Below, in pieces: positions 18,347-27,563 of a DNA stretch of 64,000 nt. The translations under genes were made by a program, and so were the position numbers. Origin of the DNA: Myxococcota bacterium (GTDB lineage: Bacteria; Myxococcota_A; SURF-8); contig CAXXQS010000002.1 in NCBI GenBank assembly GCA_963674735.2, positions 1,280,001-1,344,000 on the forward strand. The letters run 5' to 3'. Numbering within the stretch: position 1 is the first letter of the stretch; the number at the start of each line of letters is the position of its first letter. The notes beneath the pieces were generated by a model. It was not told the DNA's origin and searched no databases. It saw nothing but the letters and a program-made list of their open reading frames with translations.

Positions 18347-20752
18347 CTATTCCGGTGGATGGCGAAAGTTTTCGTCGGTGGTGCGGAGGGCTAACCTTCC
18401 TTCGCGTCCGGCAAACAATATTTCACCATTAGGTAACAACTCAATGCGTAATGGGGATGCACCATATTCGTCTTCATACGTCGTATTTTTCATGGCCTGA
18501 TAGGCTTCGGAAAAGATAATATCAGGGATTTCCAGATTTCCAAAAGCGATTTGCATGTATCCGGTTTGTGGACTCCACTCCAACATACCACCTCGTAGTG
18601 ATGCAATCCAGCGATCGTCATTTAGTTGCACAGCGTCAGTTATATATGGGTAAACGTTATCATCATCCAGAGGCGGCAATATTTGAGCAAGCGTTCCGTT
18701 TTCTGTATCAATTGCAGTCAAGCCGCCTGCGCCGCAATAAAGTAGTTGCTGGTTGTGAGAGCGCAAATAACCCCGTGTATTCAGATTGGCAACAAGTTCG
18801 CCTTCTCCTTCCCGTAAACGAAATACATAGTATGGGAAAGCATAATTGGTGACCTGCAGATAAATTTCCCCTCGATGGCGCACGAGCAGGTATGGTGTGT
18901 AAGTCTCCGAAATCGGCAACTCAACTTCATTCCAATCGGCGGCGGAGATGTTTTCTGCCGGTTTCTGCATGGCCCAACGAGGAAGAAAATAGAGTTTTCC
19001 CCTTTTAAGGAAATCCCCCTCTCCACTCCATGCAACGACATAAAGTCCGTCGTTGTCTTCAATCACAGACTGGCCGACGACCCAATCAGGCTTGGGGCCT
19101 GAAATATGTATCGGTGAACCGTCGTCTTCAATCCGCAACATATCCGGAAACTCACCGACTGCCCAGATGTAGCGTCCGGCATCGTCAAGCGCACGCACAC
19201 TCTCGGAGCCGGGAAAGGCCTCTTCCCATTCGTGGCAATCGGTGCGACGCATGACAGGCGTGTGATAACCGGCGGCATGAACGCGAAAGTTCCCCTGATC
19301 ATCCTCGCCTACGACCAAGGAACGGAAATAAGAAGGAACGATTTCAACTGGAGGTTTGGCCAGCGGATGCGACCAGATTTCCTCGAAACGGTCTTGTTCG
19401 GCGTTGTAACGATAGGGAAAGGAGTTGCTGAGTAGAAAAATATCGCCGGTTACAGAGTTTTTCGCAATCTGTCTGGGAAGCCAATTATAGATTATATTGT
19501 CTATAGGGCCTAAAGGTGCGACGGAGTTCCAATCAGAACTTCCGGGGAGCATGCGTTGGAAATGCGAATCGTTTGGGCCGTCAACGTTGCTTTTTCCTCC
19601 CCACAAAATACCGCTTTCAAAATCTTTATAAACAATCCAAGGCACGTCGCCCACCACTTGACGTGTGATCGTAATGGGATCACCCAGAATGCCTTCCACG
19701 TTGATTGAATACCCTGCGGCAACAAACTCCCCGCTAACCGGGTTGACATTGCCTGAAAGAAATGGGTTGTAGTTATTTTCCGGATCTTCCATCTGCCATG
19801 CAAGATCAAACAGCATAGTGTCTTCATTAAGGGTGTAAATGGCAGCAAACCAGTCTGCAGGACCTTCCTCTTTATAATAGACTGTTGATCCCAAATAATA
19901 CTGTTTTCCCGCGAATTCTGTAATCTCGCTACCCAATCCCATGCTGCCGATGCTGTCGTCGCTTGGCGAAAGATGGAGTATCTGTTGGCCATCCCATACC
20001 GAAGCGTAATGCATCGTTGTAAGCAACGGATAGATGAATATTCGTCCTTGATTATCGACGAACGACTTCGTTTGATGAGCATATTCAGGTCCTGTCTGAA
20101 AAAGCTGTGAAAAAGATTGCTCACGCTCGCCGTACATGCTTAAAAGATAGCAATAGTCGCCAGAGATGTTTATCGATTGAATGGTAAACCACTCCCCATC
20201 TTCACGTTCAACCGGAACATGGCCCTGTGAGTAGCTGAAAGGCCAGCAAAAAGTAATAGGGTCCAGTTGTGGAAAATATAGCACCGTCTGTTTTGGGCTT
20301 GAAAAATACTGAGTCGCATCATCCGACTGTCCGATCGTTTGGTACGGAATACTGACTACTCGCGGAAAATCCAACATCCATTGCGACAACCGCCGTTCGG
20401 GCAACGGACAGACGCCATGGTTCGGATAGGAAATGTCGCTTTCGACGGGTAGTTCCTCCGTTTCAAGGTCTTTGCCGTCATCATCGACAGCATCGATTTC
20501 ATCTTCCGCTTCCGTTTCCGTGTCGCTATCTCCGTAATCCTCGTCTAAATCTCCATCGGGTAAACCATCTAAATCAACGAACTCTTCAGCTTCGTAGATA
20601 TCGGCTTGTTCACCATCGAGATCGCCATCCTCGATGGGCAAGTCTTCATCGCCCGTCGGGTTGAAAAAATCTTTGTCCCCCTCTCCACCGACCTGCGAGG
20701 AGGAACATGCGAAGAGGAGGAGGAAGCATATTAATGTAATTGTGTAATGCAA
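18347..20752 (-). CDS. Large lipoprotein with acidic DGD linker and probable beta-propeller body (AT-rich)
   Basis: Lipobox LFAC; EDGDLDG and PDGDLDED linker; short beta repeats such as IWAVG, LYVVAW and ILFAGREG. Confidence 0.7.
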   Translation of the reverse strand: MHYTITLICFLLLFACSSSQVGGEGDKDFFNPTGDEDLPIEDGDLDGEQADIYEAEEFVDLDGLPDGDLDEDYGDSDTETEAEDEIDAVDDDGKDLETEELPVESDISYPNHGVCPLPERRLSQWMLDFPRVVSIPYQTIGQSDDATQYFSSPKQTVLYFPQLDPITFCWPFSYSQGHVPVEREDGEWFTIQSINISGDYCYLLSMYGEREQSFSQLFQTGPEYAHQTKSFVDNQGRIFIYPLLTTMHYASVWDGQQILHLSPSDDSIGSMGLGSEITEFAGKQYYLGSTVYYKEEGPADWFAAIYTLNEDTMLFDLAWQMEDPENNYNPFLSGNVNPVSGEFVAAGYSINVEGILGDPITITRQVVGDVPWIVYKDFESGILWGGKSNVDGPNDSHFQRMLPGSSDWNSVAPLGPIDNIIYNWLPRQIAKNSVTGDIFLLSNSFPYRYNAEQDRFEEIWSHPLAKPPVEIVPSYFRSLVVGEDDQGNFRVHAAGYHTPVMRRTDCHEWEEAFPGSESVRALDDAGRYIWAVGEFPDMLRIEDDGSPIHISGPKPDWVVGQSVIEDNDGLYVVAWSGEGDFLKRGKLYFLPRWAMQKPAENISAADWNEVELPISETYTPYLLVRHRGEIYLQVTNYAFPYYVFRLREGEGELVANLNTRGYLRSHNQQLLYCGAGGLTAIDTENGTLAQILPPLDDDNVYPYITDAVQLNDDRWIASLRGGMLEWSPQTGYMQIAFGNLEIPDIIFSEAYQAMKNTTYEDEYGASPLRIELLPNGEILFAGREGRLALRTTDENFRHPPE

Positions 20753-20755
20753 TTC

Positions 20756-23449
20756 TTACCACCCACACAAGAATTGATTATCCGGATCCCACTGATTAAG
20801 ATACGGGTTAGGAACACTTATAGTACCGGTAAATGAAGTTGTATATGGATATCTGCCGTCATTAGCGCCTAATAAGCTTGTCCAGTTTCTACCAATATTC
20901 CATGTAGTATTATCCCCCACAAACATTAGATGAAAAGGATCTTCATGAATTCCCGTGTAAATTTCTATTTTATTCGCAAGCTGCTCTCCGCCAACATTCA
21001 CCACACCGGGAGGCGGGTTATTTGTCGTGTTCAAGTAGTTTATTCCCCACTCGACTTTCATATTATTGCACGTGATTGAACTAGAAGAAGAAAGTCCTAT
21101 ACTCTGTCCATGCAATATATTTATTCCAAGAACCATGTAATCAATGATATTCTTACGGATAATGACTCCAGACTCAGGCTGAACAAAAAATGCGATACCA
21201 ATACCTATGGTGTTTGGAAAATCATTCGAAAAAGTATTATATTCTGCCAAGCAATTCATGTTTCCATCTGTCAGATCGCCCGTTAACTTAACACCAAAAT
21301 CTGGACCCATAAACGTATTATGGTAAATATTCCAGCCCTTACAAGTATAGTTTCCATCTAGACCAATGTACTTAATATTTTGTTCAAGGTCTCTTGACAT
21401 GGTGTTATTACTAATTGTGGATTCAGGGGCGTACTGAAGGAGAATACCTGTTCTGTTGTCTACACTACCTTGCACGGGCGTAAATTCGATAACGTTGTCG
21501 TGGATTTCACAACCTTCAGTCTGATTGTATATATCCATGCCACTCCAAATATTGGTTGCATGCACTTTCTGAACGATGCAACCGGAATCGGTTCCAAAAC
21601 CGTCGTTATCCAGTGTAATCGCGTAGTTACTGCCAGCATTATTTTCTTTACCGGTGATATATACATCTCCGTCGTTCATTCCACCTATAACCGTATCTGC
21701 GCTTAGTTCCACATTTATGGCTCCGAGAAGATTTGCATCTGTGTTCGCAATCTCTGTACTCTGCGCCAGGAAATGGTCGCTTTGTTCGACTTTTATACCA
21801 TACGAGCATTCATACAAATCAATTACACCAGAATCTTCAAGATTTCCAACCCAGGAAACATTATTGCTATACTGGGTATATACACATGGGTTGTCATTAT
21901 CCACCCCCCACACCCAATTTTGTTCGAGTGATGTATCGTTCGAATTAAATATGTATATTCCATACTGTTCGTCTAGATTGCTATAGACTATATTTCCTAT
22001 TACCGTCGCTTCTCTCAAAGCATCAGACTCGTAGTATATTCCATAGCCTGTGAATCCGCTAACAATATTCCATTTTACCAGGCTATCAGCTCGGTTGGCT
22101 TCTAGTTTGATCGGGGAGTTCCACGATATATTGTTTCCGTTCAAAAGGATATCGTTGTCCTGGATCTGAACGTACTCGCCCGTATCGTCCAAGTCTGAAA
22201 CGCTGGAGATGCGAACCGCGTACGGAACGCTGATGCTTGGATTTAGACTATTATCAAGGCTACAATTGAAAATATTGTTCAAAATTCTTATCTGATCGAA
22301 ATCTTCATTTAGGTTTATCCAAATACCCCTTCCCCAGAAGTCGTTGAAATAATTCTGAGGTATTGCCATACCAGAGGATGCTCCTATTTGAATATCACCG
22401 TCCCCTTCATGATAGAGGAGATCGCGAAAGCCTTCAACCGTTGAACTAAACATACTAATATCGCCATCATAGCGGCTGTAAAAAGCCCAGGACTGGGGAC
22501 AACTCGTACTGCATGAAAATGTTGAATTCATGACGTTGAGAGGTCCGCCATCCATGGTTGTGCGAGCGCTGGTATAGGTGGGATTCCCGAAGGTGATGTC
22601 GGCGCCGTCAATGGTTAAACCGCCCTCATTCTTCATCCAAATGCGGTTCGCCACGTAGACATCGGATGTGTTCGTAATAGCAAGTGTGTCGGATAGTGTT
22701 GATTCGCATTGAATTCTGTCGTTAACATTCAAATTTGTTTCGGATAAGGATGCCTTGCCTCCTGAAATAATATATAAATCGTCCCCAAGATTGATGTCTG
22801 GCCGATAACTCGAACTCGTTTGCGAAATGAATTGGGAGCCTGTTCCCTCGATGTGAAGATCGCCACCCGCTGTGAAATCACAGCCACGATCGTAAACGAC
22901 ACAACCATTCAGGATCTTGACGCTTCCACCGACGTTCGACGGCGGGCAGGAGAAGGGATAGGTCCAATAAACGTTTCCAGCTCCGCTGCACACGTAATCG
23001 CTTCCGCTCCAATTGCAGGTGCAAGATGTCAATAGCAAAGATTCCGCCTGCATGGACGCGGACAACGATTCCGCCGATGAACGCTCGGGTACATCGTTGT
23101 CATCGTAGAAGCATTCACGCGTTTCTTCGTTGAATTCACCCGGGCAGTTGTCGGCCGTGCGCCGGTCGATGAGATCGTCCTCGGTCAAAACAAGGGGTTC
23201 CCGTTGGTCCCGCACACGGTTGCGACTCTGAAGCTTTTCATGCAGCGACGGTGTTTCGAGGCCGTCAACGAAATCATCGGCCGTCAGGCCCAAGCGATCC
23301 ATGAGACTTTGCTCGTTGGCATCGTTAGCTGTTCTGTTGCGTTCGCTACCCCAAACCGGCGTGGCAACAAACGCCAACAGAGCCATAACCACCAATCCTA
23401 ACCATTCCAACCGAACCAGCTTGGCTTGACGTGACATGGGCAACTCCAT
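20756..23449 (-). CDS. Secreted right-handed parallel beta-helix repeat protein (AT-rich)
   Basis: Signal peptide; recurring Asn/Ile/Gly motifs (IRILNNIF, IQDNDI, GIYY, VIGNIV, IHDNVI, ISNNTM, IYHNTF). Confidence 0.7.
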   Translation of the reverse strand: MELPMSRQAKLVRLEWLGLVVMALLAFVATPVWGSERNRTANDANEQSLMDRLGLTADDFVDGLETPSLHEKLQSRNRVRDQREPLVLTEDDLIDRRTADNCPGEFNEETRECFYDDNDVPERSSAESLSASMQAESLLLTSCTCNWSGSDYVCSGAGNVYWTYPFSCPPSNVGGSVKILNGCVVYDRGCDFTAGGDLHIEGTGSQFISQTSSSYRPDINLGDDLYIISGGKASLSETNLNVNDRIQCESTLSDTLAITNTSDVYVANRIWMKNEGGLTIDGADITFGNPTYTSARTTMDGGPLNVMNSTFSCSTSCPQSWAFYSRYDGDISMFSSTVEGFRDLLYHEGDGDIQIGASSGMAIPQNYFNDFWGRGIWINLNEDFDQIRILNNIFNCSLDNSLNPSISVPYAVRISSVSDLDDTGEYVQIQDNDILLNGNNISWNSPIKLEANRADSLVKWNIVSGFTGYGIYYESDALREATVIGNIVYSNLDEQYGIYIFNSNDTSLEQNWVWGVDNDNPCVYTQYSNNVSWVGNLEDSGVIDLYECSYGIKVEQSDHFLAQSTEIANTDANLLGAINVELSADTVIGGMNDGDVYITGKENNAGSNYAITLDNDGFGTDSGCIVQKVHATNIWSGMDIYNQTEGCEIHDNVIEFTPVQGSVDNRTGILLQYAPESTISNNTMSRDLEQNIKYIGLDGNYTCKGWNIYHNTFMGPDFGVKLTGDLTDGNMNCLAEYNTFSNDFPNTIGIGIAFFVQPESGVIIRKNIIDYMVLGINILHGQSIGLSSSSSITCNNMKVEWGINYLNTTNNPPPGVVNVGGEQLANKIEIYTGIHEDPFHLMFVGDNTTWNIGRNWTSLLGANDGRYPYTTSFTGTISVPNPYLNQWDPDNQFLCGW

Positions 23450-23590
23450 TTGTTATAATTTATTCGATCATGATTCAATATTTATCGAGAATGAGGCGGA
23501 CTGTCAAGCAATAATCATGCATGTGACGTATTCTGACACACCGTGGGCTATAATAATTATATCTTGTATATGGTAAATTGAAATCACCAC

Positions 23591-23614
23591 AAAAAAAACC
23601 GCCCCGAAGGGCGG
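23591..23614 (-). terminator. Intrinsic terminator after cooC
   Basis: CCGCCC-TTCG-GGGCGG followed by 8 T on the minus strand. Confidence 0.85.
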
Positions 23615-23637
23615 CGTATATGGTAACCGACGAGCGT

Positions 23638-24399
23638 TTAGAACGTGGCGTGCTCGACAACCAGATCGGACACCGCTTTCACCGATGGTGAATCGTCGTC
23701 CATTTCGAACAGGCTGCGTTGAGACATGTCGAAGTCCATCAGGGCCGGATCGCTGGGAACCGAGGCCCAGATGGGCAGGCCGATGTCTTCCACTTCCTTC
23801 AAAAAGGCCGGATCCAGTTCGGCGGGGGCACGGTTGACCACGATGCCGCGATTTTTGATGGTCAGATTCAAGCTGTCGATCAAATCGTTGATGCGCCGGA
23901 CGGCCCGCAGACCGCGCAGGGCGTGGTCGGTCACCAGCCACAGACTGTCCACCGCGTGGGTGGTGCGGCGGCTCAGATGCTCCATGCCCGCTTCATTGTC
24001 CACCACCAGATACTTGTAATTGTTGGCCAGTTCCTCCGAGTAGTGGCGCAGGATGTTGTTGATGAAGCAATAGCAGCCCGGTCCTTCCTGGCGACCCATG
24101 ACGAGCAGGTCGTAGCCGGTTTCTTCGATCATGATACGGTTGAGCATCATGGTGAAATAGACGTCTTTGCTCATGCCCGCCGGTACCGCGCCTTTGGCTT
24201 GGAAGAAATCTTCGCGCATATCGCCGATGGTGCGTTCGCCGATATCGATGCCCAGGCTTTCGCCCAGGTTGCTGTTGGGATCGGCGTCCACCGCCAGAAC
24301 CGGGGTGAGGGCCGCTTGGACCAGATGACGTACCGCCAGAGCGGCGACGGTTGTTTTTCCGGTGCCGCCTTTTCCGGCGACGGCGATGACCTTGCTCAT
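23638..24399 (-). CDS. cooC: CooC/AcsF nickel-insertion ATPase (CODH/ACS maturation)
   Basis: GKGGTGKTT, DADPNSNL, GPGCYC, DNEAGMEHLSR. Confidence 0.92.
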   Translation of the reverse strand: MSKVIAVAGKGGTGKTTVAALAVRHLVQAALTPVLAVDADPNSNLGESLGIDIGERTIGDMREDFFQAKGAVPAGMSKDVYFTMMLNRIMIEETGYDLLVMGRQEGPGCYCFINNILRHYSEELANNYKYLVVDNEAGMEHLSRRTTHAVDSLWLVTDHALRGLRAVRRINDLIDSLNLTIKNRGIVVNRAPAELDPAFLKEVEDIGLPIWASVPSDPALMDFDMSQRSLFEMDDDSPSVKAVSDLVVEHATF

Positions 24400-24500
24400 G
24401 AGTTCGTCTCCCTGTCGTTGAGGATTCGAGATTACAGACAAATCCGTTGGTGTTTTCAGCTCAGCACAAGATAGAGCATCCGCTCAACCTGCCTATTCCG

Positions 24501-26468
24501 TCAGCCGTCTTTTTGTCGGCGCAGCAATTCGGTTACGGCGGGAAAAAGATGCCCGGCGGTATGGGGTAAAAACATACCGGCGACGTAGTCGTCCATAAAA
24601 CGCGGGTTCACGCCCAGATCGATATACGTGATGCGATGCGCCAGGGCTTCGGACCAGCGGAAGCCATCCATACATTGGGCGGTGAGACGCGCCCCGGCCA
24701 GCGAACCGTTGCCGATGAAGCGGAAGCGGTCGAGGGGCAGATCCGGCAGCAGTCCGATGGTGATGGCGCGTTCCACGTCCAGGCTCTGGCCGAAACTTCC
24801 GGCGATCAGCACCTGGTCGAACATGGACGGATCCATGCCCACCTCGCTCATCAGGGTGGTGATACCCGCAAACACGGCCGCTTTGGCGCGCAGCAGATTT
24901 TCGACATCCACTTCGGTGAGCGTGATGTCCTGACCGCCCGCGCTGTTGGCCGCTTCCACCAGCACGTATTCGAGACCGTCCTCGGTTTCGCGCAGGCGGC
25001 GGATGCCGTCGGGAGCGATGTATTTTCCGTTGGGCTGCAACACCCCGGCCAAAAACAGCGCCGCGACGGTGTTGATCAAGCCCGATCCGCAGATGCCGTT
25101 GGCGCGCGCCTGACCGATGGTCAGCACCATCGGTTCGGCATCGGGGCCGTTGAGATGGAAATCTTCGATAGCGCCCTTCATGGCGCGCACGCCATGTTTG
25201 ATGCCGCCGCCCTCAAACGCCGGACCCGCCGAGCAGGAAGCCGACATCAGAAATTCCTTGTTGCCCACCACGATCTCGCCATTGGTACCCAGATCGATGT
25301 AGAGCGTCATGGGGTCGTCGTCGGTGAAGCCCGCCACCAGCGCCCCGGCCACGATATCGCCGCCCACCCAGGCGGATACGTTGGGGATACTGAACAGCGG
25401 GGCCTGAGAATCGAGAGAAAGGCCCAGCGTGGCCGCCTTGACCGGCGGGAAAAAGCGTGTGACCGGCACATGGGGTGCAAGCTGGATATGGCGCGGGTCC
25501 ACTTCCAGCAGGATGTGCGACATGGTGGTGTTACCGGCGGCGACGGCGTAAGCCAGCGAGGTGAGCGGCAAGCCGCATTGTTCCGCCATTTGTTCGAGCA
25601 GGCGGTTCATGGTGTCCACCACCGCCTGGCGCACGCGTGAGAGTCCACCTTCTTTTTTACAGGCCAGGATGCGGTTGATGACGTCGGCTCCGAAACGGAT
25701 CTGGTCGTTGTAATCGGCCGCCTCGGCCAGGACCGTGCCCGCCTTCAGGTCGAGCCATTGGGCCCAAACCGACGTGGTGCCGATATCGAACGCGACGGCA
25801 TACAGCTTTTCGCTCGTGTCGCCCGTTTCGAGGTTGACCAAAAGCGGCAAGCCGCCACAGATGGCATCGTCGCGCTGAGCGGACAGGGTGGCCGTTACCT
25901 GGCCGTCTTGTTCGCGCAGGACCGTGGGCATGCGGCGCATCAGTTCGATGTCGATCAAGGATCCGCGTAGCGGAACGCCTTGTTTTTCCAAGGCGGCGGC
26001 CAGACGAAAACGGTCGGTACTGCCGACGTCTGCCGCGGGCGGTTCGACGGTGACGCACTGTTTGGTCAGAAGCGGCGAAACACCGCATTCGTGCACGCGT
26101 GCATCGGCGTCCAGACCGGTCAGACGCACCCGGCGGGTCGAGCCCTCACTGCGGCTGGGTAGCGTGCCGGTTACGCGCGTCGCTTCCGGGACGGTCACGG
26201 TGCAATCGCCCAATACCTCGCAACGGCAGGCCAGAACGCCCGCTTCCTGCTCGTCTTCGTGCAGGTAATCCGCTTCACTCAGGCGGTAATCGCCCTGAAC
26301 CTCGACGCGGCATTTTCCGCACACGCCCGCACCGCCGCAGGTTGCGTCGATATGAATGCCGTGATCCACCGCCACCTTGAGCAGGTTGTCGCCGACGGCG
26401 GCTTCGGCAATGATGTTGTCGGGAATGAACGTGATGTGGCAGGTTTCGATCTCGCTTGGGGAACGCAT
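24501..26468 (-). CDS. ASKHA-type reductive activator of corrinoid proteins (RACo/AcsV, DUF4445) with N-terminal 2Fe-2S domain
   Basis: CGGAGVCGKC..LAC; DIGTT, GADVINRI, GGDIVAG, DLGTNGE, AGPAFEG, GICGSG, AGSFG. Confidence 0.9.
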   Translation of the reverse strand: MRSPSEIETCHITFIPDNIIAEAAVGDNLLKVAVDHGIHIDATCGGAGVCGKCRVEVQGDYRLSEADYLHEDEQEAGVLACRCEVLGDCTVTVPEATRVTGTLPSRSEGSTRRVRLTGLDADARVHECGVSPLLTKQCVTVEPPAADVGSTDRFRLAAALEKQGVPLRGSLIDIELMRRMPTVLREQDGQVTATLSAQRDDAICGGLPLLVNLETGDTSEKLYAVAFDIGTTSVWAQWLDLKAGTVLAEAADYNDQIRFGADVINRILACKKEGGLSRVRQAVVDTMNRLLEQMAEQCGLPLTSLAYAVAAGNTTMSHILLEVDPRHIQLAPHVPVTRFFPPVKAATLGLSLDSQAPLFSIPNVSAWVGGDIVAGALVAGFTDDDPMTLYIDLGTNGEIVVGNKEFLMSASCSAGPAFEGGGIKHGVRAMKGAIEDFHLNGPDAEPMVLTIGQARANGICGSGLINTVAALFLAGVLQPNGKYIAPDGIRRLRETEDGLEYVLVEAANSAGGQDITLTEVDVENLLRAKAAVFAGITTLMSEVGMDPSMFDQVLIAGSFGQSLDVERAITIGLLPDLPLDRFRFIGNGSLAGARLTAQCMDGFRWSEALAHRITYIDLGVNPRFMDDYVAGMFLPHTAGHLFPAVTELLRRQKDG

Positions 26469-26550
26469 GGGCAGACCCTCCAGGAAACGTGTATGACTTC
26501 CAACGATCGATCCGCAGCATGGTAACACGGGTGCGGCGAGACTTGAAGAG

Positions 26551-26580
26551 AAAAGGACGGGCCTCGGCCGAGACCCGTCC
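26551..26580 (-). terminator. Putative terminator after folD
   Basis: GGACGGGTCTCGGCCGAGGCCCGTCC hairpin followed by TTTT on the minus strand. Confidence 0.65.
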
Positions 26581-26591
26581 CGATCGAGTGA

Positions 26592-27485
26592 TTAGATGCC
26601 CAGATGCAGTTTGGCGCTACGCAGGGTGTTTTTCATCAACATGGTGATGGTCATGGGGCCCACGCCGCCCGGTACCGGGGTGATTTTACCGGCAATTTCC
26701 TTGGCTGCGTCGAAATCCACGTCGCCACGCAGGATGGCTTTGCCGGTGTCCGGGTTGACGCCCACGCGATTGACGCCCACGTCGATGACCGTGGCGCCCG
26801 GTTTGATCCATTCGGGTTTCACCAGGCCCGGCACGCCCGCGGCCACGATCAGAATATCGGCGCGCTGGCAGTGCGCGGCCAGGTCTTTGGTGCGGGTGTG
26901 CACGATGGTGACGGTGCTGTTGGCTCCCGGCCCCTTTTGTGCCATCATGATGGCGATGGGCTTGCCGACGATATTCGAGCGTCCCACCACGACCGTTTCC
27001 GCACCGGAGGTTTCGGTGTTGGAGCGAATCAGCATCTCCTGGATCCCGGCCGGGGTGCAGGGTGGAAAGCGTACTTCATCGCCGCCGATCATCAAACGCC
27101 CCACATTGACCGGATGGAAGCCGTCCACGTCTTTGTCGGGATCGATGGCGGTGAGGACTTTCTTTTCGTCGATGTGCTTGGGCAGCGGCAGCTGCACCAG
27201 GATGCCGTGAATTTTCGGATCCTGGTTGTATTTTTCGATCAGGTCGAGAAGGTCTTTTTCGCTGATATCGGGCGGTTGGCTGTCTTGCACCTCATGGAAG
27301 CCCAATTCGTGAGCGGTTTTGATTTTCAGGGTGACATAGCTCATGGAGGCGGGATTTTCGCCCACCAGGATGGTGACCAGGCCGGGCACGGTATCGTGCT
27401 GGGCCTTCATCTTCGCCACTTCCTCTTTGAGCTCCGCCAGGATGACTTTACGAATCTCGGTTCCCTTGATCAGTTCGGCTGTCAT
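26592..27485 (-). CDS. folD: Methylene-THF dehydrogenase/cyclohydrolase
   Basis: GILVQLPLP, KDVDGFHP, PCTP, GRSNIVGKP, PVPGGVGPMT. Confidence 0.98.
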   Translation of the reverse strand: MTAELIKGTEIRKVILAELKEEVAKMKAQHDTVPGLVTILVGENPASMSYVTLKIKTAHELGFHEVQDSQPPDISEKDLLDLIEKYNQDPKIHGILVQLPLPKHIDEKKVLTAIDPDKDVDGFHPVNVGRLMIGGDEVRFPPCTPAGIQEMLIRSNTETSGAETVVVGRSNIVGKPIAIMMAQKGPGANSTVTIVHTRTKDLAAHCQRADILIVAAGVPGLVKPEWIKPGATVIDVGVNRVGVNPDTGKAILRGDVDFDAAKEIAGKITPVPGGVGPMTITMLMKNTLRSAKLHLGI

Positions 27486-27563
27486 CGTTTTCCTCCGCGA
27501 ATGGATCGCCCAACGTGACGGGGCCGGGTTGCCCCGGCCCCGCAGGGCGTCGTTTTTATTCGA

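Noticed and set aside
18347-23449. Prophage, ICE or diversity-generating retroelement explanation for the AT-rich island
   Set aside because: No integrase, transposase, phage gene, reverse transcriptase or template/variable repeat pair seen in the window
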